NCBI RefSeq assembly: GCF_009914755.1
Contig: NC_060931.1
Strand: one strand, 5' to 3'
Length of the DNA stretch: 64,000 nt
Source: the human T2T-CHM13v2.0 reference genome, Homo sapiens
Shown here in pieces: positions 1 through 23,195 of the stretch. The translations under genes were made by a program, and so were the position numbers. Position 1 is the stretch's first letter. Each line of letters begins with the position of its first letter. Below the pieces are notes generated by a model. It saw nothing but the letters and a program-made list of their open reading frames with translations. It did not search any database and was not told where the DNA came from.

Positions 1-75
1 CTTCTGCTTTTCTCTCGCCCCTGCCCCACCCCGTGGCGCTCTGCCATCTTCACCGTCCCGGGAGAGGACGCTCAC

Positions 76-213
76 CTTGACAAAGATCTCGGGCCAGTTC
101 TCGTCCTCCTCGTAGGCGGCCATGAGGAGGTTACAGGCCAGCACAGACACCAGGCTGTTCCCCTTGGCCTTGAAGTTGATGGAGGCGTCCCGCCGCAGGA
201 GGCTACACAGAGC
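76..213 (-). CDS. INTS1: Integrator complex subunit 1, exon 5 (ALCSLLRRDASINFK...NWPEIFVK)
   Basis: Acceptor ccctggcag|GCT at 213 and donor AAG|GTGAG at 76. The exon is 138 nt, phase 0/0, and continues the frame from exon 4. The gene runs off the left edge. Confidence 0.95.
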
Positions 214-361
214 CTGCCAGGGAGGGCGCATGTCACGTGGGAGCTTCGCTGGCCCCAGAGGCAAAGCTGGGGTGGGCCGGGAGGGACACTTAAGGGGGAG
301 GTGAGGAGGGGAGCCAAGGGCCCCAGCGCTGCTCGCCTCCTGCCAGGGGCCCGGTTCAAAC

Positions 362-558
362 CTCAATGACGCCCTCAGTGGCGAAGATGTTGGGCTTGAT
401 CTTGGCCAGGTACATGAGGCTCAGGTAGAGGGTGCTGTCAGGCTTGGCGCGGGTGACCTTCAGCTGCTTCACGGCCCCGCACAGCACGCCCTCGATCCTG
501 TCATCGTTGCCCTCCAGCTCGGCCGCCTCGATCTCATCCAGCAGCACCGTGGGCAGCA
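362..558 (-). CDS. INTS1: INTS1 exon 4 (VLPTVLLDEIEAAELEGNDDRIEG...ATEGVIE)
   Basis: Acceptor ggccag|TG at 558, donor GAG|GTTTGA at 362, 197 nt. Matches ORF 356..559. Confidence 0.95.
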
Positions 559-1181
559 CTGGCCGGGGCAGGCGGTACGGTCAGAACGGGGCCAGGGCAG
601 GGTCGCCCCAAAGCCTCGGGACACCGGGAAGACCACGAGGAACCCAGAGCTCTCAGGGTCGGCCCTGCCAGGGACCAGCGATCCACCCTCAGCAAAGTTC
701 CCACAGCGGACAAGCACCCCACCAGATGGTCCCCTTAATACAACAGGCTGCCCCACAGGCCTCAGCACTAGCCCACCAGCCACTCCAGTCCTGGCTCCGC
801 TGTGTCCCACACGACTACCCCAAAGGCTACAGACATTTCCCAGCAAGCCAGGCCACCTGCAGCTTTACTTTCCACTGAATCGTGGCTCCGTCTGGCGGCT
901 TCTTTCTCACTGTGGACCGCAGCACAGTGGCCCTCTCTCCGCACCCACCCCAGCTCCAGTCTCCAGCATGCCCTTCTTCCCACTTTTCCTCCCTCTTTCC
1001 ATGGGTGCTCGGCTCACAACCTTCCTCCAGACGAGTGCCTGACCCTCCCACATCCTCCGAGGAGCACCAGGGCCAGCACACACCTTTCCTCTCGTCGTGT
1101 TTGCCACTGTTGGATCGGAGGTTTTCTCATTTTCATTCTGATTCTTCTCTGTCCCAACAGTTTTTTAGGACTGTGTTTTTA

Positions 1182-1559
<378 letters not shown>

Positions 1560-3090
1560 TTAACTGCGCCCGGGACAGAGACTTGGAATAAATTTCCTGA
1601 TGCCGAGACAAGCTGGGGGACAAGTGGGCTGCCAGCATGGAGGGACAGCCTGGGACATTTACCACAAATGGCTGGATGCAGCCATCTCTCTGTTTTGCTG
1701 AGAATAATACTATAAAGTGATCTACCACTCAGAATACGCTTTTCATAACCACGTCTCCTCTCATCTTCAAAACCTCCTTTCTACAGGAGGTAGTGCTAAA
1801 GATAAATAAAGCACCGAGCCGCCGGCGGCCGAGAGCCCGGGCCAGGATGAGGCCTGTGGTCTCTGTCTTCAATCCCCACCGGCACCAGCTGCCCAGGGAC
1901 ACGCCTCATGGGAGGTCTGAGGCTCGACCTCCTAAAGCAGTCCCCCAGCTGTGCCATCCTGGGCCGTTTGCCCCCAGGGCTCCCTGATGCCAACTGAGTC
2001 CAGCACAAACACTGCCCACAGCGCCCAGCCTCAGCTATCATGAGCGTGTGCTGCCCAGGCCAGGCCAGGCCTCCATTCCCTGGGCACAGTCCATTCTCTG
2101 CTTGGCATCTCCCTTTCCTGCCTGCCCCGGTTTCATCGCCTGTGCTTCCAGGCCCAAGCCCATACTGCAACTCCCTGCCAGGCCTCCTCCCTTCCAGGGC
2201 CGTCGGGGACTCACTCACAGGCTTGCACTGCAGCAGCCTGGTCCCTCCCTGAGGGCAAGGCCACAGCCCACAAGTCCCCTGGGTCCTGTCTGGCACAAAA
2301 CTCAGTAACCAGAGGTGGCGCGGCTTGAACAGACACCTCACTACCAAAGTCATCAGGACACTTGTTCTTTTTGACTCCTACAAAGAAATTACCCAAAAGA
2401 GATGCTCCCACAGAAACAAAACACTGCAGACCATGAGGCTTGCTGGGGCTGGTGCGATAGCTGCCAGAGCGACTCCCAGGGAGTCACGGAGCCTTGAGAA
2501 ATGGTCGTTGGGAAAATGGCGCAGAGGGGCAGGGGCGATTCTAGGCACACAGTTAAAGGCATTTCTGCGAGAACGGGACAGTGGTGAAGCTTACATTCCC
2601 CCGTTGATGTCCTTACTGTTCTGCTGCTTTTCAACTGAAAACAGGGAGGGGATCAACTCTTCTCTGTTGGTAACCAGAGGGGAAGGAGGAACCAAGTACA
2701 CATCGCCTCCGCTCAGGTTGAGAGAGGAACGCACCAGGATGGGCAACCTTGAGAACAGACACCTGGGGTGTCGTCACGCCCGGTTTACCCCCAGGGCTCA
2801 GACAGTGCCCGTCACAAAGGGGGCGTCCAACAGACACATGAGACAAACAACTCAATAAGGGAGTGACCCGGTTCTCAAAGGGCAGCCACTGGCAGTGCAG
2901 GACGCAGATGCACACACGGGATAAGGGCATCTACGTGAGAAGCACTTCCAAGAACAAGCCACAAACATCCGCTCTCCCAAAGGACCTCGGCCATACGGGC
3001 AGCACTAGGCCTGGAGGGGGCCTTCCCTGAACACCTGATGGACGGCATGAGCTGAGGGGTGTTCTCGGGGGATGTCCACAGACTCATTAC

Positions 3091-3381
3091 CTTCAATTGG
3101 CACCACAGATGGCTCTTTAATCGACGGAGAAATGGCTCGTTTTTCTGCCACTGCAGCCTCAGCCAGGCGCCCCAGGGCACTCAGAGGGGGTGTGGAGGAG
3201 AGTTTGGGGCGTTTGGTGAGACCGGTGAGGGCCGAGGCACTGGACAACGCAGCCGCCGCATCCCGCTTGCGCTCAGAAGGCAGGCCGGAAGGGGCTGGCT
3301 TCAGCAGGGTGGACGCCGTTTTCGATTCATTGGCCTGACCCTTTGAGCCCAGAGCAATGAAGTCTCCCGGGGGAGGGTGCC
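3091..3381 (-). CDS. INTS1: INTS1 exon 3 (GHPPPGDFIALGSKGQ...EPSVVPIE)
   Basis: Polypyrimidine acceptor ctctctcctttctctgcag|GG at 3381, donor GAAG|GTAATG at 3091, 291 nt. Lies within ORF 3005..3427. Confidence 0.95.
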
Positions 3382-4030
3382 CTGCAGAGAAAGGAGAGAG
3401 AAAACCGGGCACATTTGCAACACCCAAGATGGAAAAAGACTGACTCTAACCTCCTGTTATGTCAGAGGGGATTAAACAAGGGTCAGAGGAGGCAAGGAAG
3501 AAGCCAGAGCTCACTCAGCAGCCTACAGCAGAGCTGGGACCAGCAGGATACGCACAGGTGATGGTGGACAGTCACGTAGCGCTAACCACAAACCAGGCCA
3601 TCTCTGGTCTATCCAAATTAGTGTGCTTAGTAACCCCCGCCCCGAGTTTCCGCAATAGGTGCTATTACTCTAACTTTACAAGAGAGAAAGGGACACAGAG
3701 AGGTTAAGCGACGTGCCCAGCGTCACACAGCAGGCGAGTGGCAAAGTCCGGAGGATCTGAGCCGACAGTTCAGCCGCAGACCCCGTGCTACGCTACACTG
3801 TGCTGCCTCCCGCCTCCTGGCTGGGGAGACCTTCCGCTACTGTCGGCCGCCTTGCAGCTCAGCCTGAAACGAGATCACCGGGGTCCCGAAGGAAGTCGCC
3901 ACTGTCCCAAGCCTCCCAGGGACTCTCAGAGCCGCTGAGGACCGAGAGCAGTGTTTCCAGACCGAATTCCTGGAAACAGCCGCGGCTGCGGAACAACCAA
4001 GCCCAACGCAGGATCCGCGGCAGCTGAGAT

Positions 4031-4074
4031 CCCCAAAGACCCCCAAAGACCCCCAAAGACCCCCAAAGACCCCC
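4031..4074. repeat. (CCCCAAAGAC)4 tandem repeat
   Basis: Four exact 10-mer copies ~30 nt into INTS1 intron 2. Confidence 0.95.
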
Positions 4075-4102
4075 GGGCTGCAGAGCGAGGAGGGAGACGC
4101 AC

Positions 4103-4160
4103 CTGAGGGTTTGGCCGCGGCGCTGGGCCGGCGCACCGTGGTGGGCTTGGCCCGGTTCAT
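4103..4160 (-). CDS. INTS1: INTS1 first coding segment (exon 2; MNRAKPTTVRRPSAAAKPS); exon 2 spans 4103-4201
   Basis: ATG at 4160 (ggcaggATG), donor TCAG|GTGCGT at 4103, acceptor ctccgcag|G at 4201. I recognise the INTS1 N-terminus. Confidence 0.95.
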
Positions 4161-4522
4161 CCTGCCCCGTCCCTCGCGGCTCCCGGCGGCTGCGGCGTCA
4201 CCTGCGGAGGAGCCAGCGTGCGGTCATTCCTTCACTCATTCGCTCGTTCGCTCGCTCATTCGCTCCCTTGCCGCACGGGGCTTGGGCCTGGGACCCGGGG
4301 ACAGTGGTCCCGCGCCCGCCCGGCGGGGCGATGCTGCAGGAGCTGCAGGGACCCCGCCTCCCAGCCGCCCGGGAGCGGCTCAGTCGGGCGGCAGCAGGCG
4401 ACGCGGACGCCGGGCTGGAGGCGGCAGAACCAGAAGGGACGGCCCAGAGGCCGGGAGCGGTAGCCGGGAGAACCAGGCGCTCGCCCGGCAATGAGGAAGC
4501 GCCCAGGCCGCGGCTCACTTAC

Positions 4523-4600
4523 CTCTGGCCCATCGCGACCGGAGAGCCGCCGCCGCCACCCGGCCACCCCGGAATCGGAAACCGATCTCACCGCCCTCGA
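4523..4600 (-). other. INTS1: INTS1 non-coding exon 1 (5' end approximate)
   Basis: Consensus donor AGAG|GTAAGT at 4523 inside the CpG island, just downstream of ETS motifs. The TSS cannot be fixed from sequence. Confidence 0.75.
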
Positions 4601-4876
4601 GGACCCGACTTCCGGAACAACCGGAAGGAAAACAGTGCGGCGGGAAGCGGGCCCAGAAGGAGGCGCGAGAGGCCCGCGGCGCCGGCCTGATTCCTGCAGC
4701 GCCCCATGGCGGCGGGAGGCGGGCTGGCCGGCGCCGCGCGCATGTGGTCCGGTCCAGGTGGGTCGGCGGCGCGGGGCAGGCGCTGGCCTCTCCATTCACA
4801 GGTGGTGCTGGCGTTGCGAAGGGACGCACTCCAGGACGCACGGCGGGGAGGAGTGGCGTCAGGGATCCGCGGATGA

Positions 4877-5835
<959 letters not shown>

Positions 5836-6718
5836 TAAAAATAAAAGGTGGGGGAATCATCCAGTCAAAGGGTCGAAGGTCTCCCCTGACCCCTGAGCAG
5901 CTGGTCCCCTCCCCTGGAGTCAGCCTGTGTTCTGATTTGTGCCTGTGTTCCCGGCTTTTCCGTGTGCGTTCAGGCAGCCACCCGTGTGCCTCCCTCTGCC
6001 TTGTCACCCTGCAGGTAGCGCACGGCTCCTCTTTTCTGCACCTGGCTTTTGCCACTTAACCACATCTTGGAGATCTGTTCCCAGCAGGGCACTGACTCGA
6101 ACGCTGCCCCGCCACCGAGGGAGTCCTGAGCACCGCCTGCCCGGTGTGTCCCATCTCCTCATCCAGGGACCGCAAGGCAGAGCTGGTCTCCCTGTGCCCC
6201 TGAAGTTGGGTGTGGCCATTTGACTGTGGCCTCAGTGAGGCTCATGGCCCCAGGCTGCAGCCTGAGAACTGCTGTGTGACCCGCCACGGTCTCTTTCCAC
6301 TCCTGTGGGCACCAGCTGGGTCCCCGCAGGACCCCAAGGGCTCCAGGGCCCTGCACCCTGCGCTGTGTGGGCAGCGAGTCCGGAAGGAGACGTCCGTGGT
6401 GCCCATGGGAGGAGAGGCCGGTCAGGCGCAGATCCCTGCCGGACGCCAGGCGGGGGCTGTGCGGCTTCATCCCTCTACAGTTTCTCAATCTGTCCCTCAG
6501 GGTAACTCTCTAAGGGGAGGGGAGATCCGATGGGGTAATGCTTCCTCCTCCTGTCACCTGAATGGGAGCACCCTGCACAGAGCTTCCTCTGCCCCGCCAC
6601 CTGCCTCTCCTCATCCTCTGACCAGCATCACCGCCCCTGCATGCGGGGCCTGTGCCTTCGGCAAATGCCCTCACCCGGGCCCAGGCCAGAACCTCAGGGT
6701 CGACCTTGAGAACAACTA

Positions 6719-7135
6719 CCTCCTCCTCCCCCTCCCCCTCCCCCTCCCCCTCCCCCCCTTCCTTCTTCTCCCCCTCCTCCCCCTCCCCCCTCCTCTCCTC
6801 CTCCCTCTCCCCCTCCCCTCCTTCCCCTCCCCCTCCTCCCCTCCCCCCTCCCCTTCGTTCCCCTTCTTCTCCTCCTCCCCCTCCTCCCCTCCTCCCCCTC
6901 CTCCCCTCCTCCCCCTCCTCCTCCTCCTCCTCCTCCTCCTCCTCCTGTCAACCTTGACCACCTCTTCCCCCTTCTCTCTCCTCCTGCTCCTCGTCTTCCT
7001 CGTTCTCTAAAAACTCAGGAGTCAACCTTGACCACCTCCTCCTCCCTCTTCTCTTTCTCCTCCGTCTCCTTCCCCTCTTCCTCTTCCTCCCCCTCCTCTA
7101 CCTCTTTGCCTTCCTCCTCCCTCTCCCCGCCTCTT
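6719..7135. repeat. C/T-rich low-complexity polypyrimidine tract
   Basis: Almost pure CCT/CCCCT sequence. It explains the poly-P, poly-G and poly-R ORFs. Confidence 0.95.
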
Positions 7136-7371
7136 TTTGAAAACAGCTTTTTTGAGTTATGATTGACGTCTGATAAACTGCAGGTGTGTAAAGGGTGTAA
7201 AGGGTGCACACTGATGCGTGTTGACATTCACACGTACCTGTGGCCCCATCCCCCATCCCTTTCAACCCTGTAACGAACATTCCCAAACCACCCCTGACTT
7301 GTCCCCAGGCCGCCAGGGCGCCACTTTCTGTCCCTGGAGAGGCGCTGTTTGCTCTTCTGGAGTCTGTGTGA

Positions 7372-8642
<1,271 letters not shown>

Positions 8643-8714
8643 TCAAATGTTCCTCCCCTGCTCAGAATTCTCCAAAGACTCTGCTTATCACCCGAACAGT
8701 AAAATGAACACCTG

Positions 8715-10684
<1,970 letters not shown>

Positions 10685-11509
10685 TGATCTGCCCAGTCCC
10701 CTGCTGGGTCCAGGGTGGCTCGCCATGTTCAGTGAGAGCCCGTGGACAGGTAAGTGATAACTGTGAATTCTCTGGGGGGAGGAAGCCAGTGCTAAAAGCC
10801 TAGGCTGTTAGGAGAGCTGGGCCTCAGCCTGGAGGGACGCCGTCGGGCAGGCAAGCCCAAGCCTCTGACTCCCACCATCCCGGGGTCCTCTTTGCTGTGA
10901 CCCCAGAGTGCAGTGAGTACCAAAGGTGACCCTGTCCTAGCAGGACCCAACCTCGTGACCTGATCAGTGTGGCAGGTTTGGGCTCCAGGGCACCACTGCG
11001 GCCCCCCAAGACCCACCAGCACCAGGGGCTGGGGGCGGCTGGCAGGGTGGGGGCAGGGGGAGCAGAGGCCCGGGTCGGGCCCGAGGGGAGACGGGTGCGG
11101 TGGGCAGCCTGCAGCTGCGTGTGGTTTAACTGCCTCGTGCCAGGAAGCAGCTGCCGCTCTCTGTGCAGCCTGGGCCTAGACCGGGGGCTCCAGCCTCCCT
11201 TCCTGGACCAAGCGTACCCAGCGCAGACCAGGCCTGGCCTTCCCGTTACACACAGGGGCCCTTGTGGGGAACCTGCGGCTCTTCTCAAGTGACCCCCATC
11301 CTGGGGGCCCAGCCCCGGCTCCTCCCTGAACCTCCCTGAAGCCTTCCTTCCCCATCCACCCCCAGGCTAGCCCCTGCTAGGAACCTGGGCGCCCACTTTC
11401 TCTACCACCCCCTGGCTGGAACCCCAACCTTGTATGGGGCTCCCATAGGGTGCAGCCCCAAAGACAGACCCACGTCCAGAATTCCAGGTATCCCAAGGAC
11501 CGGTCAGGC

Positions 11510-11740
11510 CACTGGCCACTACACTGAGACTCGGGACAGCTGGCCAACCTGGTGAGAGCTCAGCCTTCACTGGCCACCGCACTGAGACTCAGGATGGCTG
11601 GTTTCCTCGGGGAGAGCTCAGACCTCGCTGGGCACCACATTGAAACTCAGGACGGCTGGTCTACTGGGGAGAGCTTGGACCTCGCTGACCACTGTGCCGT
11701 GACTCAGGGTACCTGGTCTACCGGGGAAGAGCTCAGACCC
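11510..11740. repeat. Degenerate ~58-bp minisatellite, 4 copies
   Basis: Units start at ~11510, 11568, 11626 and 11683 (cRctggccac...ctgagactcagga..gctgg....ggggagagctcag). Confidence 0.8.
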
Positions 11741-12351
11741 TTTGGCTTCAAAGAGCGGGGGCCAGTCCCGGTTCCACCCCCAGGCTGCACAGGAGAGAGG
11801 TGAACCAACAAAGAGAATCGGGAGCCGTGAGGAAGGGGAAGGACTCTGGGAGGCCCATACCCCCAACATGTCTCCTGTGACCTGCTTCGGATCTCAGGCC
11901 CTCCCCACTTCTCTCCTCCCGCAGTGAAAACCACCCCTGCTGGGTCTGCCCGCCTGTCCTCTGGGCCCACCCCTCAAACCTCCGGCTTCCATTGCCCCTT
12001 CCCCAGATTGTGCACTCACGGCCCCTTCTTTGTGGGCTCCCTCCCAGGGCCCCTCAGGCCAGCTCCAGGGTCTCCTATAACACAAACATGCCCCTCTCTG
12101 CCTCAGTTTCCTTCCCGGGTCCAAGCCCCCGGCCTCCCCACTTTGAGTCCCAGAGCCCCAAGCTTTGTCTCCACAACTCCACTTCCCCGCCGTCCACACG
12201 CCTCTCCACTCGCTCCAGCGCCAGGCGCTTCCCTGAAACAGGCGCCGCTCTGAGGACCTCAGTGGCTCCCCCCGGAGTGCCCGGTCCTGTGGCCACACAG
12301 AGCACCAGTGCTTTGTGCCTTTGGTCTCCGTGACATGGCGGTCCTGATTCT

Positions 12352-13026
<675 letters not shown>

Positions 13027-13752
13027 TGAAGCCTCCACCTGACCAGGAACTCTCTCCTGCCTGAGGCTGGGGGCTGCCCTGGGAGCATGCATCAGGCACT
13101 GGCAGGGTGGTGCCCCCCAGCCCAGGCTGTTCTGTGGAGAAGAGGCAGCCAGCGGCTGTTCACCATCGCGGGCTGCAGCTGCTGGGCCCGTGCGCCACCT
13201 GCACGGGGAAGCCACACGCCCACAGTATCCGCTGTAGGCACCTTTTTTTTTTTTTTTTTTTACATTTTGCAAGTGAGGAAATTTAGAGAACTATGGGGAA
13301 CGGCTCTGCCCCACACCCAGGATGGGGTCTGGCCTCCAGGGCCTCAGGCCATGTGGCACAAAAGGCCCGGGGAGATGTATGTGGTGTTGAGTTCTGCTGG
13401 CCGGCTCACTGGCTGTGCGGTGTTGGGCAGGTTTCCTCTCTGGGCCTCAGTTCCCCCACCTGGAAAATGGGTGCGGCAGACGTCCCGCTCTCCTGGGCTG
13501 CTGAGGGGCCTCAGTGAGAAGCGGCCCTGACCCTGGTCCAGGACCCGGGCGCACGGCTGGGCAGGCGGCTGCCACGGTCACTGGAAGTGGGCGCTCAGGG
13601 CCAGGGATTGAGAGATTCCGCGTTCCTCTGAATGACAAGTGGCCACAGGGTGCCTAGGGGGCTGGCCGTCTCCCAACCACCCTGCCCACTAAATTTAGAA
13701 ACTGCCTCATGCACACTGGAAGCTCCTCAGCGCGGTGACGAGTGTCAAAGCC

Positions 13753-13763
13753 GTGAGTCAGCA
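13753..13763 (+). promoter_or_regulatory. ARE/NF-E2 (CNC-sMaf) consensus site GTGAGTCAGCA
   Basis: Exact match to RTGASTCAGCA in non-repeat, CpG-containing sequence. Confidence 0.5.
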
Positions 13764-14314
13764 GTTATGAGGGCGTCGATGCCCGTGGGGCAGCTCGGAG
13801 CCCATCAACGCACCAGTGGAGGTTTTGTTCTCTGCTAAACAACAATCTTATATGGAGGTTTTGCGCTGGATTCTGCCAAGAAGGTGCCCTGCAGCAGGAC
13901 CCCCTGGCAGCTCAGGAGGTCGCAGGTGGCCCCTCGTGGGCTGGTGCCCAGCCAGACTGGTGCCCTTGTGGCCCGGGCCTGAAGCAGCCCTTTTGGGGCT
14001 GATATTCAAGAACCCACCGGGCAGCGAGCCTCCTAACATGCAGACCCCCGCCAGCAAGCAGAAGCTCCGGGGGAGTTGAGTGGGGGAGCAGCTTCTGGCT
14101 GGAGACTAGGAAGTGCTTTCCAACAATTGTCTGAAAATAGAACGGCCGGCTCACGAGGAAATGAGTCCCCATCACGGGGAGCGGGAGGCGGGAGCAGGAA
14201 GACTGTGGCGCAGGGAGGGGGCCCGTGGCCTCTGACCCCGAGAGACCTGAGTCCTTCCGTTCCTCACCCCTGACATCCCAGACATCCAGGAAAACGCGGC
14301 CTAGAAAGCCGCCC

Positions 14315-16708
<2,394 letters not shown>

Positions 16709-17307
16709 CGAACTTTCCTTTAAAAAAACAAAAAAAAAAAAGCCAATACATGTCCCAGGGATTCCAACCCATGTCCTATCGCAGTTCCCAGATGGCATTT
16801 CTTTCACTGAGTCGTGCCACAACAAACTCACACCAGATCATGCGTCCTGACTTTTGGCTCAGACATTACAGTCAGGGACAGAGCTTCCCAGGTTGGGTTG
16901 GTGCAGTGTGACATTCCCGGGCTGGGGAACCACCAGCATAGGGAGAAGAGGGTGGACTCTCCAGGAGTCCTGACTCCAAGTGCAAATCAGCATTTGTCAT
17001 CCTGAGGGTTATTTACAGTGGCCATTCGCCATGACCTCTCACGGTTCCGGCTTGACTGGGTGAGCAGAGGGATCTTACCCGGGGGCTTCTGTCCTGCAGG
17101 TGCAGACGACACGGCTGGGGCTGGTGCATCTCACCGGCTTCCCGCCTCAGCCTTCCTGCTTAATGCCGGCTACAGGCTGGGACCTGACAAGGAGGGTCTA
17201 CAGATGGCATGAATGTCCTTACCACATGGTGCTCTTGCTTCCAAGGGGAAGAGGCCCTGGGGACAGTGAGCCATATTTCCGTATAACACAGCATAATAAA
17301 AAATACA

Positions 17308-19448
<2,141 letters not shown>

Positions 19449-19789
19449 GATGGAGCAGTTTGGAAACAGTCTTTTTGTATTATTTGCAGAGGGATATTTG
19501 TGAGCAGTTTAAGGCATATGGTGAACAAGGAAATATCTTCATATAGAAACTAGACGGAAGCATTCTGAGAAATTTCTTTGTGATGTGTGCGTTCATCTCA
19601 CAGAGTTGAACCTTTCTTTTGATGGAGCAGTTCGGAAACACTCTTTTTGTAGAATCTGCAAATGGATATTTAGAGCGCTTTGAGGACTATGGTGAAAAAG
19701 GAAATATCTTCAGATAAAAACTGAAGAGAAGCTTTCTGAGAAACTTCTTTGTGATGTGTGCATTCATCTCACAGAGTTTAACCTTTCTT
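19449..19789 (+). repeat. Alpha satellite (ALR/Alpha), ~2 monomer lengths, A-type (pJalpha), no CENP-B box
   Basis: Matches the alphoid consensus CATTCTCAGAAACTTCTTTGTGATGTGTGCATTCA...GGAAATATCTTC. Period is 172/171 (gatggagcag at 19449 and 19621). A full standard-phase monomer spans 19561-19731 and the pJalpha motif is at 19687-19703. Confidence 0.95.
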
Positions 19790-20905
<1,116 letters not shown>

Positions 20906-21345
20906 CATGCAGTTGGTGTTTTGAAAAAACAAACAATTGCCTTTCATGGACCCAACCCTGGACGTCCCATGACATCACCGTCATTGTCCCCTGCTGGCCA
21001 AGGCTGTCGTAAGTCGGCCCAGGTTCACGGGGTGAGGGCCCTACTCGGCCTCTTGCTGGAAGAGTGGTGAGGTCACCGTAATGAGAACGTGAGGACAGGA
21101 GAGATTGCTACAGCCCTCTCTGGAAAATGCCATGTGTGACATCATGAAAGGTGACGTGGCTGTTGCCCAGGCTGTGGACCGCAAATGTCCGGGAATGAGG
21201 CATGTCTCCCGGGTGGTGGACTCCTGGGCGGTTTCAGTCTGGGGCGATTATGAACAAGGCTAGGACAAGCCTGATTTCACCTGCACGCACGTCTATGGGC
21301 CACGGTCCTGGCTCTCTGGTCCTCCTGGGAGACCACAATGCTGTT

Positions 21346-22015
<670 letters not shown>

Positions 22016-22357
22016 GGCTGTCTCGCCAGGCCCTTTGGAAGAGTCTAATGGAGGAATGTGGAATACCTGACCCAGTGACTGGCACCCAAAAGAAACTCAA
22101 CCTTGGCAGCTCTTAATTGGCTTCTTGCTGTTGTCTGAGCATGAGGGAAAGGCTGTCACAGAGGGACTTGGGCTTCCCCGGAACAGGTGCCCCAACCCCA
22201 GCCCGTGGGTGGAAGATTCTTTGCTGTGGGTCTGTCCTGTGCACGCAGGTGTTGACCAGCCTCCCTGGCTCCCGCTTACTCCACGCCAGCAGCAACTCCC
22301 TGTTAGAGAAAAAGAAGACATCATTCAATGATGCTTGTGGAAGATGGGAAGGCAGCC

Positions 22358-23195
<838 letters not shown>

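Noticed and set aside
6210-7227. Poly-Pro/Gly/Arg ORFs
   Set aside because: These are translations of the CT-rich tract.
19449-19789. Alpha-satellite block as a functional (neo)centromere
   Set aside because: Only two units, no CENP-B box and no higher-order array.
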